From Naegleria gruberi (lineage: Eukaryota), in assembly GCA_000004985.1 (NCBI GenBank), contig GG738904.1: a DNA stretch of 64,000 nucleotides; one strand, 5' to 3'. Positions 10,455 through 21,124 of this stretch are shown here, piece by piece (positions within the stretch are counted from its first letter, which is position 1; every line of letters starts with the position of its first letter). A program made the position numbers and the translations under genes. The notes under the pieces are model-generated. The model had not been told where the DNA came from. It worked only from the letters and a program-made list of their open reading frames with translations, and searched no databases.

Positions 10455-13400
10455 ATGTCCACACTAATTCATCAAGACGTGTTGGACTATCTTGCCCAAC
10501 ACTACTCTTCTCCATCAAGCAAAGAACAACTAATTGCTACGGGTACTTATGGAGCAGTTTACAAAATATTGAAAAATAATAATTATATTGCTTTGAAAAT
10601 TATGAGACATTCTGTGGGATTTAATATTAATGAAGCCCTCGGAGAGGCTGTTAAAATGGCCAAATACAAACACAAGAGACATATTGTTAGGATTGATGAG
10701 GTTTTCATTGTGAATGAATGTAAATCTGGATTATATTTGTGTATTGAGATGGAATTTTGTGAATTTGGAACATTGAGTACAATATTTAGAGATTCTAAAC
10801 CCTCTGAACAAGTATTATGTACAATTTTGAAACAAATATGTCTAGCATTGAAGGAAATTCAAGAAGGAGATTCAATTGTTCATAATGATATCAAGGCAAA
10901 TAACATTTTAGTGAGGAGTTTTGATGGTGGGATGAATATAGATGTGGCATTGACTGATTTTGGGTTGTCTTTTTCAGTGGATGGACAAAATCATGATATA
11001 ATGTCTCTGTATCCACCACCTGAGGAAGTCGCATCTTTTGGAAGTGATATTTTTACATTAGGAGCATGCATGTACAAATTAATGATTGACAAGTCAACTG
11101 TTTTTAGATACGGAAATTTCAATTTTGCAAATCTATGTCAAGATACTAAATTTGAGGAGACAATAATAAGGGATTTGTGTGAAATTGGTCAGTATAGTCA
11201 ACGATTGGCCACAATTATTATTTCCATGATGAATAAGGAGGTCAGTGCTCGACCAAATATTGATACCTTATTGAATTGGCTGGAAACTTTAGATGAATCC
11301 AGCGAAAGCGTTAAAAATGAGCAAGAGGAATATATTTTGAGCTATCACCATCAAAATTCGAATAACGAGGAATGTGAGATAGCAAGTGATTTTGATAAGA
11401 AGAGACGATTTATGATGGAAACCGTAATTAGATTAACTGGTGCTCAACACGAGATCAGATTAGAAACTCAATACTTTCTGAAAAGAGAATTTAAAAATAT
11501 AGATGACTCTACATTATTGGAATACCAACGAAAAATCAATGATTTACTTCCACTCGAACAATTAGTTGATAAGACAATTTATCAGAGAAATAGAACAACG
11601 AATGCAAAGTTTAATATCCAATTTGCTGCTCACAAAGCAGCGGAAGAATTTGCAGTGGTCAGTAAGATGTTGGAAAGCTTTCATCAATATTTATTGTCAC
11701 TAAAACGGTATGGAGAAAAGGCACTTGAATGGGTAGAGAAAATTCAAAAACTAGAAGATTACTATTCTTCATATGCCACGAAATTGAGAACTATCACAAG
11801 TGACTTTGAGTTTTATCAATTGACAACGGATAAGGCAATACTAATGAGTGAAATGATTGAAGGTTTTTTCTCAATTTCACAAGATATGGCTCTACGCATA
11901 CTCAGTTTGAATGAAAGAGGAGAATCCTCTAACAGTCGACAAACCGAAAGTAATCATCGAGTTCGATTCTTGCCTGAAAAGGGAGAACCTGAAATTTATT
12001 TTAAACCCTTTACTTCATATCCTCCACTTTCACCCTCTCGCGAATTTGCTCTCAATTGTCTCTATCACAAAATTCAAATTGAAACTACTTTTACTGGACT
12101 AATCGTTATTGATAACGTGAAAAAGATGAATTCGTATTGGGAACATCCATTCTTTGTTCAAATATCTCAAGCTATTGAAGGATATTCAGGTATATCACTT
12201 GTTAGAAATAAGCTACCATTGTGTACGAACCATTTCTCACAACAAGTTATTGGAGCACTCATCACAAGTCCATCCGATGGAAAATTTGATAATTTTATTA
12301 TGAAAAAACTGAGTAATGAAAAGTATGGCCTTATTTCAATAGATAATGACGAGATATTCAGACCTTCTGTTCTGAAAAACAAGTACTATAATGTTAAATC
12401 TTTCCTTTTTTTATTGAAAGAAATGAATAATTCAGTGGATTCTGAATATAGAATATATTTAGACTCACTTATTCCTGAAATGATTTTACTAGAATGGACT
12501 CACGAACTTGCTCGACAGGAAGACAAGTACAAACGACTGTGGAATGATCTCGAATTTATGAAATGTAAATTCGATTCGATAATTTGGGAAGATTTTGATT
12601 TGTCCTTTTCCTCTTTCAGTGAATCAACTGCAACAACAATCATGCAAATGTTGAAAAAGATTCAGAATTTGTTGAAAGAAAACAAGCACTCAACCCTGAA
12701 AGATTTATTCTCCTCCTGTTATCCATTACATAGTAAGGTGTATGAGGAAGTGTCATCTCAATACGAATCTCTCGATGACCAATACTATGCAGTTCATAAC
12801 TATCAAGAGGAATTCACAACCACTTCTGGAGGATCAGACGAGTGCTATTACTTTTACGAGCATGATAGAATGAATGTTTCTGGATGGTCGTTATTCCATG
12901 AGTATATTTTAAGCCAAGTTCGATTGATGATTAATTATGAAGATGCTGTACTGCAATTCCATTCCTTGTTATTCATGAAGAATAAGCTGTCATTAACAAA
13001 CGTTCTTGTTTCACTTTCAATAATGATTAATGACAAGTTAGTGTTTATTAGAGATGTCAAAACGGCTTGTAATATTTATGCAATTGGATTGAAAGAGACG
13101 TATGCCAATTTTTTAAAAGAATGGAAATCAAAATTTCAACCATTTTTGGAAAACAATCCAGACCTAAAATGGGCATGCAAACTTGAGGATTATTTTCCAA
13201 GAGTAGATTATGATAATGATGACAAGAGATTTCCGTACAAGTTTGGAGAGATGAGAGGAGCCTTCATGGGTAAAAGATATTTATCAAAAGAAATGGAAAG
13301 AGCTCTCTTCAATAATGGAGAATTCATGAAAGATAACACTTTGACAGGCAGGTCATCTGTGAACAAATATCCTGCCAAAAATCCAATATTCTTCTTTAAA

Positions 13401-16340
13401 AAATGTCCAGAAATGCCAGTATTTGAACATGCATCCACATTGTTCATGAGAATAATGGGACTTACTGGTATTCCTCGATGTGAATTTGTAATATTTAGCT
13501 CCCACAAGGAGAGATTCCCAATTTTAATATCTGAGGCAGTTAATGGATTATTAGTGTTGGATTTATGGAATGCTGGAGCAGAAATTGGTGGATTGGATAG
13601 ATTTAATACTGGATTATTAATTGTTTGCTCAATGCTTCTCAATCCAGAAGATCAAAAGGAAGACAATTTCATTTTGGCCGGAAATCAATTAGTACCAATC
13701 GATAATGAGCATGTTTTTCTCCCTGGATCAGTTCTCTCCAAGACTGTTCTCAAAGTTATTCCGCAATTACAAACTAAGAGTTTGATATTTTGTGTGAATG
13801 AAATGAAAAAATCATTGCATAGAAACTTGGTTCAACAAATAATCTCTATGAATGTAGATCAATTTCTTCAACAATGGATGGGTGAATTAGTGGTTGTGAA
13901 TGATAAGTATAGTTCTCTATTCACAAAAGAAGAATCGGATAATCTTTGGGAAAATAAGGAAGTGACCGTGAGATTAGTTTTCAGTCCCATCTTTATTGAA
14001 AACCTTTTCAGAAAATTTCATTTACTTCAAAAGCTACTTGTTTCATATTCAAAAATTACTCCAGTTGAGTTGTTATGTAAATTAGAACCCTATGTAGGAG
14101 AAATTTACAGAGATAGTTTTGTGGAAAAGTCTGTTAAGCGCAGATTCATGCTTGTCACTGATACACTTTACAAAAAGAAAAAGATTGACAATTCTAGAAT
14201 TTCTGTTCACTCTAGCAAGCAAATAATGGAAATTATCAACATTGATAGTGCAACAATCAAGTCAGAATCAGAGAAATTTAACAAAGGACCTACAAATTCA
14301 TTGGAACAATTGAAAATTTTACAATCGAATCATTCACACAAGAATCAAGAAATAATTCCTGCAGGAAAGACCATGTCTACAAAAGATCAAGAACAATATA
14401 TTAAGAAAGTATTCACAACAACATCCCCTGTACAATTGGTGGCATTGAATTCGAACATTCTCAATTCACAACACATTTCCAATCATTTTTTTATTGAGAA
14501 ATTACCACTTATTACCTCACTTGATTTGAGAGGATGTAAAAATTTACAAGAGGAATCATTATTCATTTTACAAAAGTATTGTGTGAATGTTGAGTATTTA
14601 AATATAAGTGAATGGAAGTTGAAAATATTTGGTCATTTCACTAGAATTGAAAGATTTGTCTTTTCGAATGACATTATTGAAACAGATATCAATATTCCAA
14701 TATTTCCCTATTTACAAATTTTGATACTAGACAATATTCCAACTTTGAAGAGTATTACTCTTTCGCTACCTTCACTCATTAGTTTCCAAGCTGTAGATGC
14801 AGATGCTCGATTGTCACTATTTGCCTCTAATTTGAGACATATCAAGATTTCATGTGTTCCTAAATTAATTAATTATCTACTGACATTTCAAAAAGATCTA
14901 AAGCTAGAAGGTGGAATAGAACTTTCAATGGATAATTATGTAGACAGTATGTCAAAATTGGTTGTTGATGATCATTTAAATTTGTCAAAAGTATTTTTGG
15001 AAGAAGAATCCTTTCCACTATTCTATCTGACCATTACTTGTATGAAATTTCGTTCGTTGAAAACTCTTTCGATAGAAGGACGAAAATTATCACAACACAG
15101 TATTATAATAATTTCTCAAATGAAGAATTTGACCTCCCTTAATGTTTCCAATACTCAAATTGATGACCCAATGACACAAATAATTAGTACCATGTCAAAT
15201 ATCGAAAATTTAAGCGTGTCATATAATCAAATTGGAGACGATGGTATTGAATACCTTGTTTCTATGAAAAATTTACAACGGTTGGATGTTAGAGGAAATT
15301 TATATGGATCTAAGGGAAGTGAAATCCTAACTTCTCATAAGGAACGCATTCAAATATTCATGAATGCCAGAATTATCCAAGCAGACCAAATCACCATAAT
15401 GGAGCAAGTAATGAAAAAAAATGATCGAAAATGCTTTCAAGGAATGTATCAAGACAAAATGGTTCTTATTGAAATGATTGACCAAACAAATAACTTTGAA
15501 CATTATAAGCAACAAGATCTATGGCTTAGTTTGGATCATCCAAACATTTCTAGACTAATTGGAAGTGTTAAATTGAATGATAGTGAATTATATATAACAG
15601 ATCTTGCAAACTACAATCTAAAAGAAGTAATATCCTCTATTTCTTTGAGCCAAAAACTCGAATATCTCATAGATATTGCAAAAGGTATGAATTATTTGCA
15701 CTCTTTGAACCCTCCAGTCGCATTCAGAGATTTAAGGTTATCGAATATAATCATATCTGAGAATGAAGATTGTGCCAAAATTTATGGATTTGATTTGGCC
15801 ACCAATGTCCAAAAGCACATGTCAATATTAGTAGGAAGCTATGTGTATATTGCACCAGAAGTGTTGAAATTGGATGATTATAGTGAAAAGTGTGATGTGT
15901 ACAGTTTTGCAATTTTGCTTTGGGAAGTAGTGATGGGTATTCCTACGTTTGACAGTTATGAACCAATCAAACAATTCTTGAAAAGAAACTCTAAATATGT
16001 GAAAATGACAATCAATATTGAACAACCAACGACCTCACTTGAAATTTTGAAAAGAAAACCTCCCTGTATTCCCTTCCTATTGGATTCTGACTATGCCAAG
16101 TATAGTATAACTCATCTTGACAGTCCACCAAGAAAGTATGTGTTTATTCCAGAATTATTGGATCGATTTGTGAAAGAGTTCATGTTTAGTCAAGTAGAAG
16201 AATATCCAGAAAATCTTGAAACAATCAAGAACGTTGTGTATGGCTTATCTGTATTAGCTACTCGGTGTTGGGAAAATAATTCTAATATCAGACCTTCTTT
16301 TAGAGAAATTTTGGAAAATCTTACTAATCTTCATTTATGA
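10455..16340 (+). CDS. Large (1961 aa) protein: N-terminal Ser/Thr kinase domain, central LRR region, C-terminal TKL-like probable pseudokinase
   Basis: Single 5.9-kb exon ending TGA. N-terminal domain has GTYGAVYK...ALKIM, HNDIKANNILV and DFGLS (apparently active). LRRs around aa 1350-1650 (LDLRGCKNL..., LSVSYNQIGDDGIEYL...). C-terminal kinase-like domain has FRDLRLSN in place of HRDLKxxN and GFD in place of DFG. Confidence 0.75.
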   Translation: MSTLIHQDVLDYLAQHYSSPSSKEQLIATGTYGAVYKILKNNNYIALKIMRHSVGFNINEALGEAVKMAKYKHKRHIVRIDEVFIVNECKSGLYLCIEMEFCEFGTLSTIFRDSKPSEQVLCTILKQICLALKEIQEGDSIVHNDIKANNILVRSFDGGMNIDVALTDFGLSFSVDGQNHDIMSLYPPPEEVASFGSDIFTLGACMYKLMIDKSTVFRYGNFNFANLCQDTKFEETIIRDLCEIGQYSQRLATIIISMMNKEVSARPNIDTLLNWLETLDESSESVKNEQEEYILSYHHQNSNNEECEIASDFDKKRRFMMETVIRLTGAQHEIRLETQYFLKREFKNIDDSTLLEYQRKINDLLPLEQLVDKTIYQRNRTTNAKFNIQFAAHKAAEEFAVVSKMLESFHQYLLSLKRYGEKALEWVEKIQKLEDYYSSYATKLRTITSDFEFYQLTTDKAILMSEMIEGFFSISQDMALRILSLNERGESSNSRQTESNHRVRFLPEKGEPEIYFKPFTSYPPLSPSREFALNCLYHKIQIETTFTGLIVIDNVKKMNSYWEHPFFVQISQAIEGYSGISLVRNKLPLCTNHFSQQVIGALITSPSDGKFDNFIMKKLSNEKYGLISIDNDEIFRPSVLKNKYYNVKSFLFLLKEMNNSVDSEYRIYLDSLIPEMILLEWTHELARQEDKYKRLWNDLEFMKCKFDSIIWEDFDLSFSSFSESTATTIMQMLKKIQNLLKENKHSTLKDLFSSCYPLHSKVYEEVSSQYESLDDQYYAVHNYQEEFTTTSGGSDECYYFYEHDRMNVSGWSLFHEYILSQVRLMINYEDAVLQFHSLLFMKNKLSLTNVLVSLSIMINDKLVFIRDVKTACNIYAIGLKETYANFLKEWKSKFQPFLENNPDLKWACKLEDYFPRVDYDNDDKRFPYKFGEMRGAFMGKRYLSKEMERALFNNGEFMKDNTLTGRSSVNKYPAKNPIFFFKKCPEMPVFEHASTLFMRIMGLTGIPRCEFVIFSSHKERFPILISEAVNGLLVLDLWNAGAEIGGLDRFNTGLLIVCSMLLNPEDQKEDNFILAGNQLVPIDNEHVFLPGSVLSKTVLKVIPQLQTKSLIFCVNEMKKSLHRNLVQQIISMNVDQFLQQWMGELVVVNDKYSSLFTKEESDNLWENKEVTVRLVFSPIFIENLFRKFHLLQKLLVSYSKITPVELLCKLEPYVGEIYRDSFVEKSVKRRFMLVTDTLYKKKKIDNSRISVHSSKQIMEIINIDSATIKSESEKFNKGPTNSLEQLKILQSNHSHKNQEIIPAGKTMSTKDQEQYIKKVFTTTSPVQLVALNSNILNSQHISNHFFIEKLPLITSLDLRGCKNLQEESLFILQKYCVNVEYLNISEWKLKIFGHFTRIERFVFSNDIIETDINIPIFPYLQILILDNIPTLKSITLSLPSLISFQAVDADARLSLFASNLRHIKISCVPKLINYLLTFQKDLKLEGGIELSMDNYVDSMSKLVVDDHLNLSKVFLEEESFPLFYLTITCMKFRSLKTLSIEGRKLSQHSIIIISQMKNLTSLNVSNTQIDDPMTQIISTMSNIENLSVSYNQIGDDGIEYLVSMKNLQRLDVRGNLYGSKGSEILTSHKERIQIFMNARIIQADQITIMEQVMKKNDRKCFQGMYQDKMVLIEMIDQTNNFEHYKQQDLWLSLDHPNISRLIGSVKLNDSELYITDLANYNLKEVISSISLSQKLEYLIDIAKGMNYLHSLNPPVAFRDLRLSNIIISENEDCAKIYGFDLATNVQKHMSILVGSYVYIAPEVLKLDDYSEKCDVYSFAILLWEVVMGIPTFDSYEPIKQFLKRNSKYVKMTINIEQPTTSLEILKRKPPCIPFLLDSDYAKYSITHLDSPPRKYVFIPELLDRFVKEFMFSQVEEYPENLETIKNVVYGLSVLATRCWENNSNIRPSFREILENLTNLHL

Positions 16341-16465
16341 AACTGATAAATAAATGAAGTTATGTCAAACACTCACTGAACTTGTAATTGGATAGACAAT
16401 CGACTTTGAGTCAAATTAAAATAATTTCAAAGAGTAATAATTGAACTAGCCATCGTGTTTCAAAA

Positions 16466-18214
16466 TCAAAATTTTATTTCGAAATATTGTGGCCAGATTT
16501 CTTTCAATACAACAATCATTCCATTATCCTCGTTTACTCCAACAAGAGCTTTGTCAAAGTATTGTCTTGCCTTGTCCAAATCTTTTAAATAGAAATAGGC
16601 TTCTCCCAAATTAAACAATGAAAGATGGTGATTTGGATCCATTTCAAGAATTTTCTCACTCTCTCTAATTGCACCTTCATAATCCTTTTCAGCAATTAAA
16701 CAATCTGCTATATTACTTAAATCCTCCAATTCCTTGCTTTCATTGTAACTTTCCATGTGAAAAAGTCTTGCCATTCCATAATTTCCCTGTTGATAAAAAT
16801 ATTCTGGAATATCTTTCAAAATTTTGGGATAAAACTTTTTGGCTTCCTTTGCAAACTCTAAAATAAGATTTTCATTTCCCTTTTTCATGTGTGAAAAGGT
16901 TGAAATAAGATAGTAGATACCCATTAAATGTTCTTTTGGAAAGATTGGTTGAGGTGTCTCTAAAAGCACTTTGAATTTTTCACATTCCCTAAGAGCATCA
17001 TCAAATCTATCAAAATAGAAATGTATTGCACTCAAACTAGCGGTATATTGTAAAGTTCCTTCAATAGATGATGCTGGTGGTGGATGACTTTCAATATCTG
17101 CAGTGATATCTCCAAAAACCTTGAGATAGGTTTTGGTACTTTCCATAAATTCAGGATAAGCTCCAACAATCATGCAAAGATATCGATACATGCCATGATT
17201 TTCCAAAAGGGTTTTGGGATTAGCTGTATAATAATTATCCATGCATTCAATTGCTTTTTTGTAATCCTTTCTTTTCAAAAAGTATTGTTTCATGGTTCTG
17301 TGTAAATTTACATATTCTTCAAGAGTTTTCTCATCCATTCTAGTTTCCTTCTTTTCGAATTCCTTGACTAACTCATAGGTCTTTAGCATGAGGTCATGAT
17401 TATTCTTCTTTTCGAAAGAATCTAACATGAGAATTAGGGGTTCGTATTTTGATGAGCTCAATAAAAGAGCTCGATCCAAATCCTTTTGTCCACGATCCAT
17501 CATGTTATACTTGGTAACCAATAAATTACCTCTTCTGCATAACAATTCGGCCAAATTATCAGCTTCCACACTTCCAATCTCAACAGGACCATTCGATTCA
17601 ATGGATTTAATCCCTTCAGTTGCAATAAATATAGCCTTTTCGAATAAATTCAATTCAAAATACAGTGAATAAAGAGTAGCATAATAGAAAAATGGAATTT
17701 GAACTGAATCATTCGAAACAATGTTAAATAATCTTTCAAAATACTCTGTAGCTCTCTTAACATTATAATTCTCCTTTCTAGTATATAACCAATACAACTT
17801 TTCCAATAAAATTGGTAACAGATCGTTTGGTGGTCGATCCATCTCAACAACCTTCTCTAACCCGACACAAGCACTTTTCCAATCACTCAACTCTTCATAA
17901 CATTTTGATCTTTCAACAAGAGCATCCACTAAATCAGGATTTAATTCAAGAATATCATTCAATTCTTCAATCCTCTTCCGTTTCATCATTTTCACTTCAT
18001 CATTATTTTCATCATTCCGATCATGATGAGAATTATTTAATAATGGAAAATTAGAAAATCGTAATGGAGAAATCAAATTGCTGAAATTTCTACAACTACC
18101 ACCATATGAAAGTAGTGTTTTTTCATAGGAGATTAATGATGTGAATGATTTGAATGAAAGTAAAGATGCTGATCGTTTCGGAAAAAAGTAATTCAAGCGT
18201 TTGATTTGTTGCAT
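16466..18214 (-). CDS. TPR-repeat protein
   Basis: ATG at 18214 (MQQIKRL...). Several 34-aa TPR-like units, e.g. AIRESEKILEMDPNHHLSLFNLGEAYFYLKDLDKARQYFDKAL. Single exon of 582 codons. Confidence 0.7.
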   Translation of the reverse strand: MQQIKRLNYFFPKRSASLLSFKSFTSLISYEKTLLSYGGSCRNFSNLISPLRFSNFPLLNNSHHDRNDENNDEVKMMKRKRIEELNDILELNPDLVDALVERSKCYEELSDWKSACVGLEKVVEMDRPPNDLLPILLEKLYWLYTRKENYNVKRATEYFERLFNIVSNDSVQIPFFYYATLYSLYFELNLFEKAIFIATEGIKSIESNGPVEIGSVEADNLAELLCRRGNLLVTKYNMMDRGQKDLDRALLLSSSKYEPLILMLDSFEKKNNHDLMLKTYELVKEFEKKETRMDEKTLEEYVNLHRTMKQYFLKRKDYKKAIECMDNYYTANPKTLLENHGMYRYLCMIVGAYPEFMESTKTYLKVFGDITADIESHPPPASSIEGTLQYTASLSAIHFYFDRFDDALRECEKFKVLLETPQPIFPKEHLMGIYYLISTFSHMKKGNENLILEFAKEAKKFYPKILKDIPEYFYQQGNYGMARLFHMESYNESKELEDLSNIADCLIAEKDYEGAIRESEKILEMDPNHHLSLFNLGEAYFYLKDLDKARQYFDKALVGVNEDNGMIVVLKEIWPQYFEIKF

Positions 18215-18351
18215 TTTTTTTTCTATTTTACAATAAAATTGATTTTGATTAAAAATCGAAAGCAAAATTATAAATTAAGGAAACAATTTCATAAATTAAG
18301 CTAAACTTGAAAAATATTGTAAACGAACTTGAGTTCAGAGTTCCTCTTACA

Positions 18352-18627
18352 ATGAAAAGAAAAAATCAACAGAAAAAAAAAATGGAAAAAAGTGATGATC
18401 AGCCAAACCTACATGATGATGATTTGCTGTTGGATAACCTTTCTTGGTTCGTTCGGATTGGCCAACATTTTCATTCCTTCCCTTTTAATAGAATTAATTT
18501 AATCAATCATGATTCGGATATGACAACAAACAATTCGAATCAAGAAAATCCTCCATCAATTATATATGATGAATTTGCAATTGTAGTTCCAAATAATATC
18601 GATTATTCTCATATATTCATTTGCTGA
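18352..18627 (+). CDS. Hypothetical small protein (may be 5' exon of the downstream gene)
   Basis: ATG-initiated ORF MKRKNQQKKKMEKSDDQ...DYSHIFIC. No recognisable domain. I could not find an in-frame splice to 18657. Confidence 0.3.
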   Translation: MKRKNQQKKKMEKSDDQPNLHDDDLLLDNLSWFVRIGQHFHSFPFNRINLINHDSDMTTNNSNQENPPSIIYDEFAIVVPNNIDYSHIFIC

Positions 18628-18656
18628 TGATGAAAAGATGATGAATAGGTTATTAT

Positions 18657-19787
18657 TTGTTTACTGGTGAAATATTTAGCTCAATTGTTGGACTTTTTGA
18701 AACCAATGGTAGAGGATTTTATTATGATTCAGATTTTAAAACATTAACTATTCAATCCTTGACTGAAAGATTTGTTTCATGTCGGATGAATGGGAAATCA
18801 ACAAGTAATAAGGTTATAATAGTGGGATTTGGAATCACGCCTCAAAGTAAGAGGTTGTTTGTCACTGTTAATGGAATTTTGACAACAATTCAACGACCTG
18901 GATTTGAAATTACTGATCTGGCGAATGAAAATACGAAAGGATTTAGTTTTCTTACGCTGGATGCAAGAAAATTGTCAACCAAGTTGCCCTATTTTAAATT
19001 ATTCAAACGTAAGAGAGAAGATTGGATGTTTTCCATTCAGAAAAACCTTTCATACTTTGAGTTGAAGGGTTTGAACACTACTGATCTCAATACTTTTAAA
19101 GGAATTACACAGAATACGATAAAATCATTGCAGGTTGAGTATGAAATCTTTGCTACTCGAGATAGTTGTAAAGAAACAAGTCAAAAGATACTTGGTGGTT
19201 AACTTGTCATTGACTCAAATAATTCCACAACTTTATCAACAAATGCAGGTGAAATATTTGGAGGATTGATATGTGAAGATGCATTCTTTAATATAGTTTC
19301 ATATTTGGATGGATTTGATGTAATGAAGATTTCACATCTGAACAAATTTCACTTTAATCTGATAACACTAGGATCTTTTCAGAACTTATTCGAAATTTCC
19401 TTACAAGATAATACCAGACGTTCTATGAACAATGCTTGGAAACAAATTATTCTAAATAGATGGACTAAATTCCAAGTATTCAACGAGAACCAAAACTTTT
19501 TCAAAATTTTTAAGCGCCGTTTTGTAAGGGTTGACAATAGAAATCGAAACCTGATTACTGTGGATGGTTGTGTACGATTGGAAAAGAATTGTCCAATTGT
19601 GTTAAATTTTGCTTCCAGAAGGACGGTTCTTTGCGGTGTTTGTAATAAGACAGTTTATCAAACAACAGACCTCGGTCAATTGATCAAGTATGCAAAGGAA
19701 GGTCATTGTGTTTCATATAGCGATCCTGCCATTGAGCTTATTGGTCCTTATAACAGAAATAGGGCACAAGGTTGCTTTATTATCTGA
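18657..19787 (+). CDS. Hypothetical protein with internal F-box-like motif; probably join(18657..19199, 19247..19787) via a 47-nt intron (the two track ORFs 18657-19202 and 19266-19787 fused)
   Basis: Candidate donor GGTG|GTTAAC at 19200 and acceptor AAATGCAG| at 19246 join ...SQKILGG|EIFGGLICEDAFFNIVSYLDGFDVMKISHLNKFHFNLI (F-box-like) in frame. Intron size matches the local 42-50 nt class. True 5' end uncertain, as no ATG lies near 18657. Confidence 0.35.
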
Positions 19788-19874
19788 TTCAACATATGGA
19801 TCTAAAGTTAGAACTAATTGAATATGCTCGCCAAAAGGATTCCTTATCTACTCCAAAGTTAATGTACAAATAAT

Positions 19875-20371
19875 TTATTGTTTCTTTCTTCTTCCTTCTG
19901 AGGTTGGTTCAACAAAATTGATAGCAATTCCATTTTCCTTGTATTCGTCTAAATGCTCCAAGAATTCCTGCTCTATTTCTTGAGAAAACACTTCATAAAC
20001 TTCATTCTTCTTGAAGAGAATCAAATCTCCCAAAGTATAATCCTGTCCACTCACCAAATCATTATCAATTATTCCGATCAGATATTTGGCTGAAACCTTC
20101 AAAACCTTAACCCAAAATCTCTCCTCTCCATCACATATGTAAATATAAAATCAGTATAAAAAATTGATCAATTAACAACAAAACCTATCTTTACCAGACT
20201 TCCCTTTTGTATGGAATTTAATTCTTCTCTTGATGGTGCGCCGAATGTATCGGGATGGCGCCTAGCAATTTGTTGAGCATTATTGAGTGGAGGCTGATAA
20301 ATCTTCTTTCCGTTTTGTGTGATGGTTTTTGTCTTTTTGGAGGATGAAACTCTGTTTGCCTTTACTTTCAT
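19875..20371 (-). CDS. Hypothetical protein, two exons; join(complement 20195..20371, complement 19875..20123)
   Basis: ATG at 20371. Donor CTG|GTAAAG, acceptor ...GATGGAG|. Product MKVKANRV...HPDTFGAPSREELNSIQKGSL|ERFWVKVLKVSAKYLIGIIDNDLVSGQDYTLGDLILF..., no confident family. An alternative acceptor 3 nt downstream is equally possible. Confidence 0.45.
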
Positions 20372-20585
20372 TTTTTTTTAGTCTGGAATAAAGTGGAAGT
20401 TTTTGGCGGTTGATTTTTCAAAATCATTAAATTATTTGTTAAATTTCCATAGAACGGTAGAATTTGTAAAGGAAATAAATCTGGAAAATTTTGAATTAGT
20501 AATTTATTCGTCGGTACTTGATTGAATCGTTTTTATTTATATTCATCATGAATGCCTTTATATTTCATATTTTATGATTGTACAT

Positions 20586-20704
20586 GGCTACGGCCATATC
20601 ACGATGAATGCACCTCATCCCGTCCGATTTGAGAAGTTAAGCATCGTCGAGCCACATCAGTACTGAGGTTGGAGACAACTTGGGAACCTGTGGTGCTGTA
20701 GTCT
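20586..20704 (+). rRNA. rrn5: 5S ribosomal RNA gene (single dispersed copy)
   Basis: GGCTACGGCCATATCACGATGAATGCACCTCATCCCGTCCGATTTGAGAAGTTAAGCATCGTCGAGCCACATCAGTACTGAGGTTGGAGACAACTTGGGAACCTGTGGTGCTGTAGTC aligns along its length with eukaryotic 5S, including the internal control region AGAAGTTAAGC. Followed by a TTTTT Pol III terminator at 20705-20709. Confidence 0.85.
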
Positions 20705-21124
20705 TTTTGCAGATTGCCTTTGTGATATCACTTTAGTTGGGAGCTTGTTTTTATTGATATTGCAATAATGTTACATTAATGAATTTCATTTTTGCGTATA
20801 TTCTCAACTCTAGCTGAACCTGAAAAACAAGCCAACTCACAATAACATAACACCTTTGGCGTCGTAATATTCAATGACCGTTATACAACAAGATTCCCAA
20901 AATGAACAATTTTCTAATGACTACCGTCCCCATTACGCTTATTACTGTTTACCCCTCAAAAACACAACCTCCCTTATTACCTTAAATACAGAATTTACAA
21001 CAATGCGACCTCGCATCGAACAGTAAAACAAATTCTCATCACGCAGCACAATGTGCTTCTTGTCGCAAGTAAACAACACAAAAAAAAACAACTCAACAAG
21101 AACTAGAAACGCAACATTAAGAAA

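Noticed and set aside
20372-21124. Possible Pol III promoter elements or additional small RNAs around the 5S gene
   Set aside because: Apart from the 5S gene and its T-run, I see only AT-rich sequence without recognisable box motifs. It cannot be supported from sequence alone.
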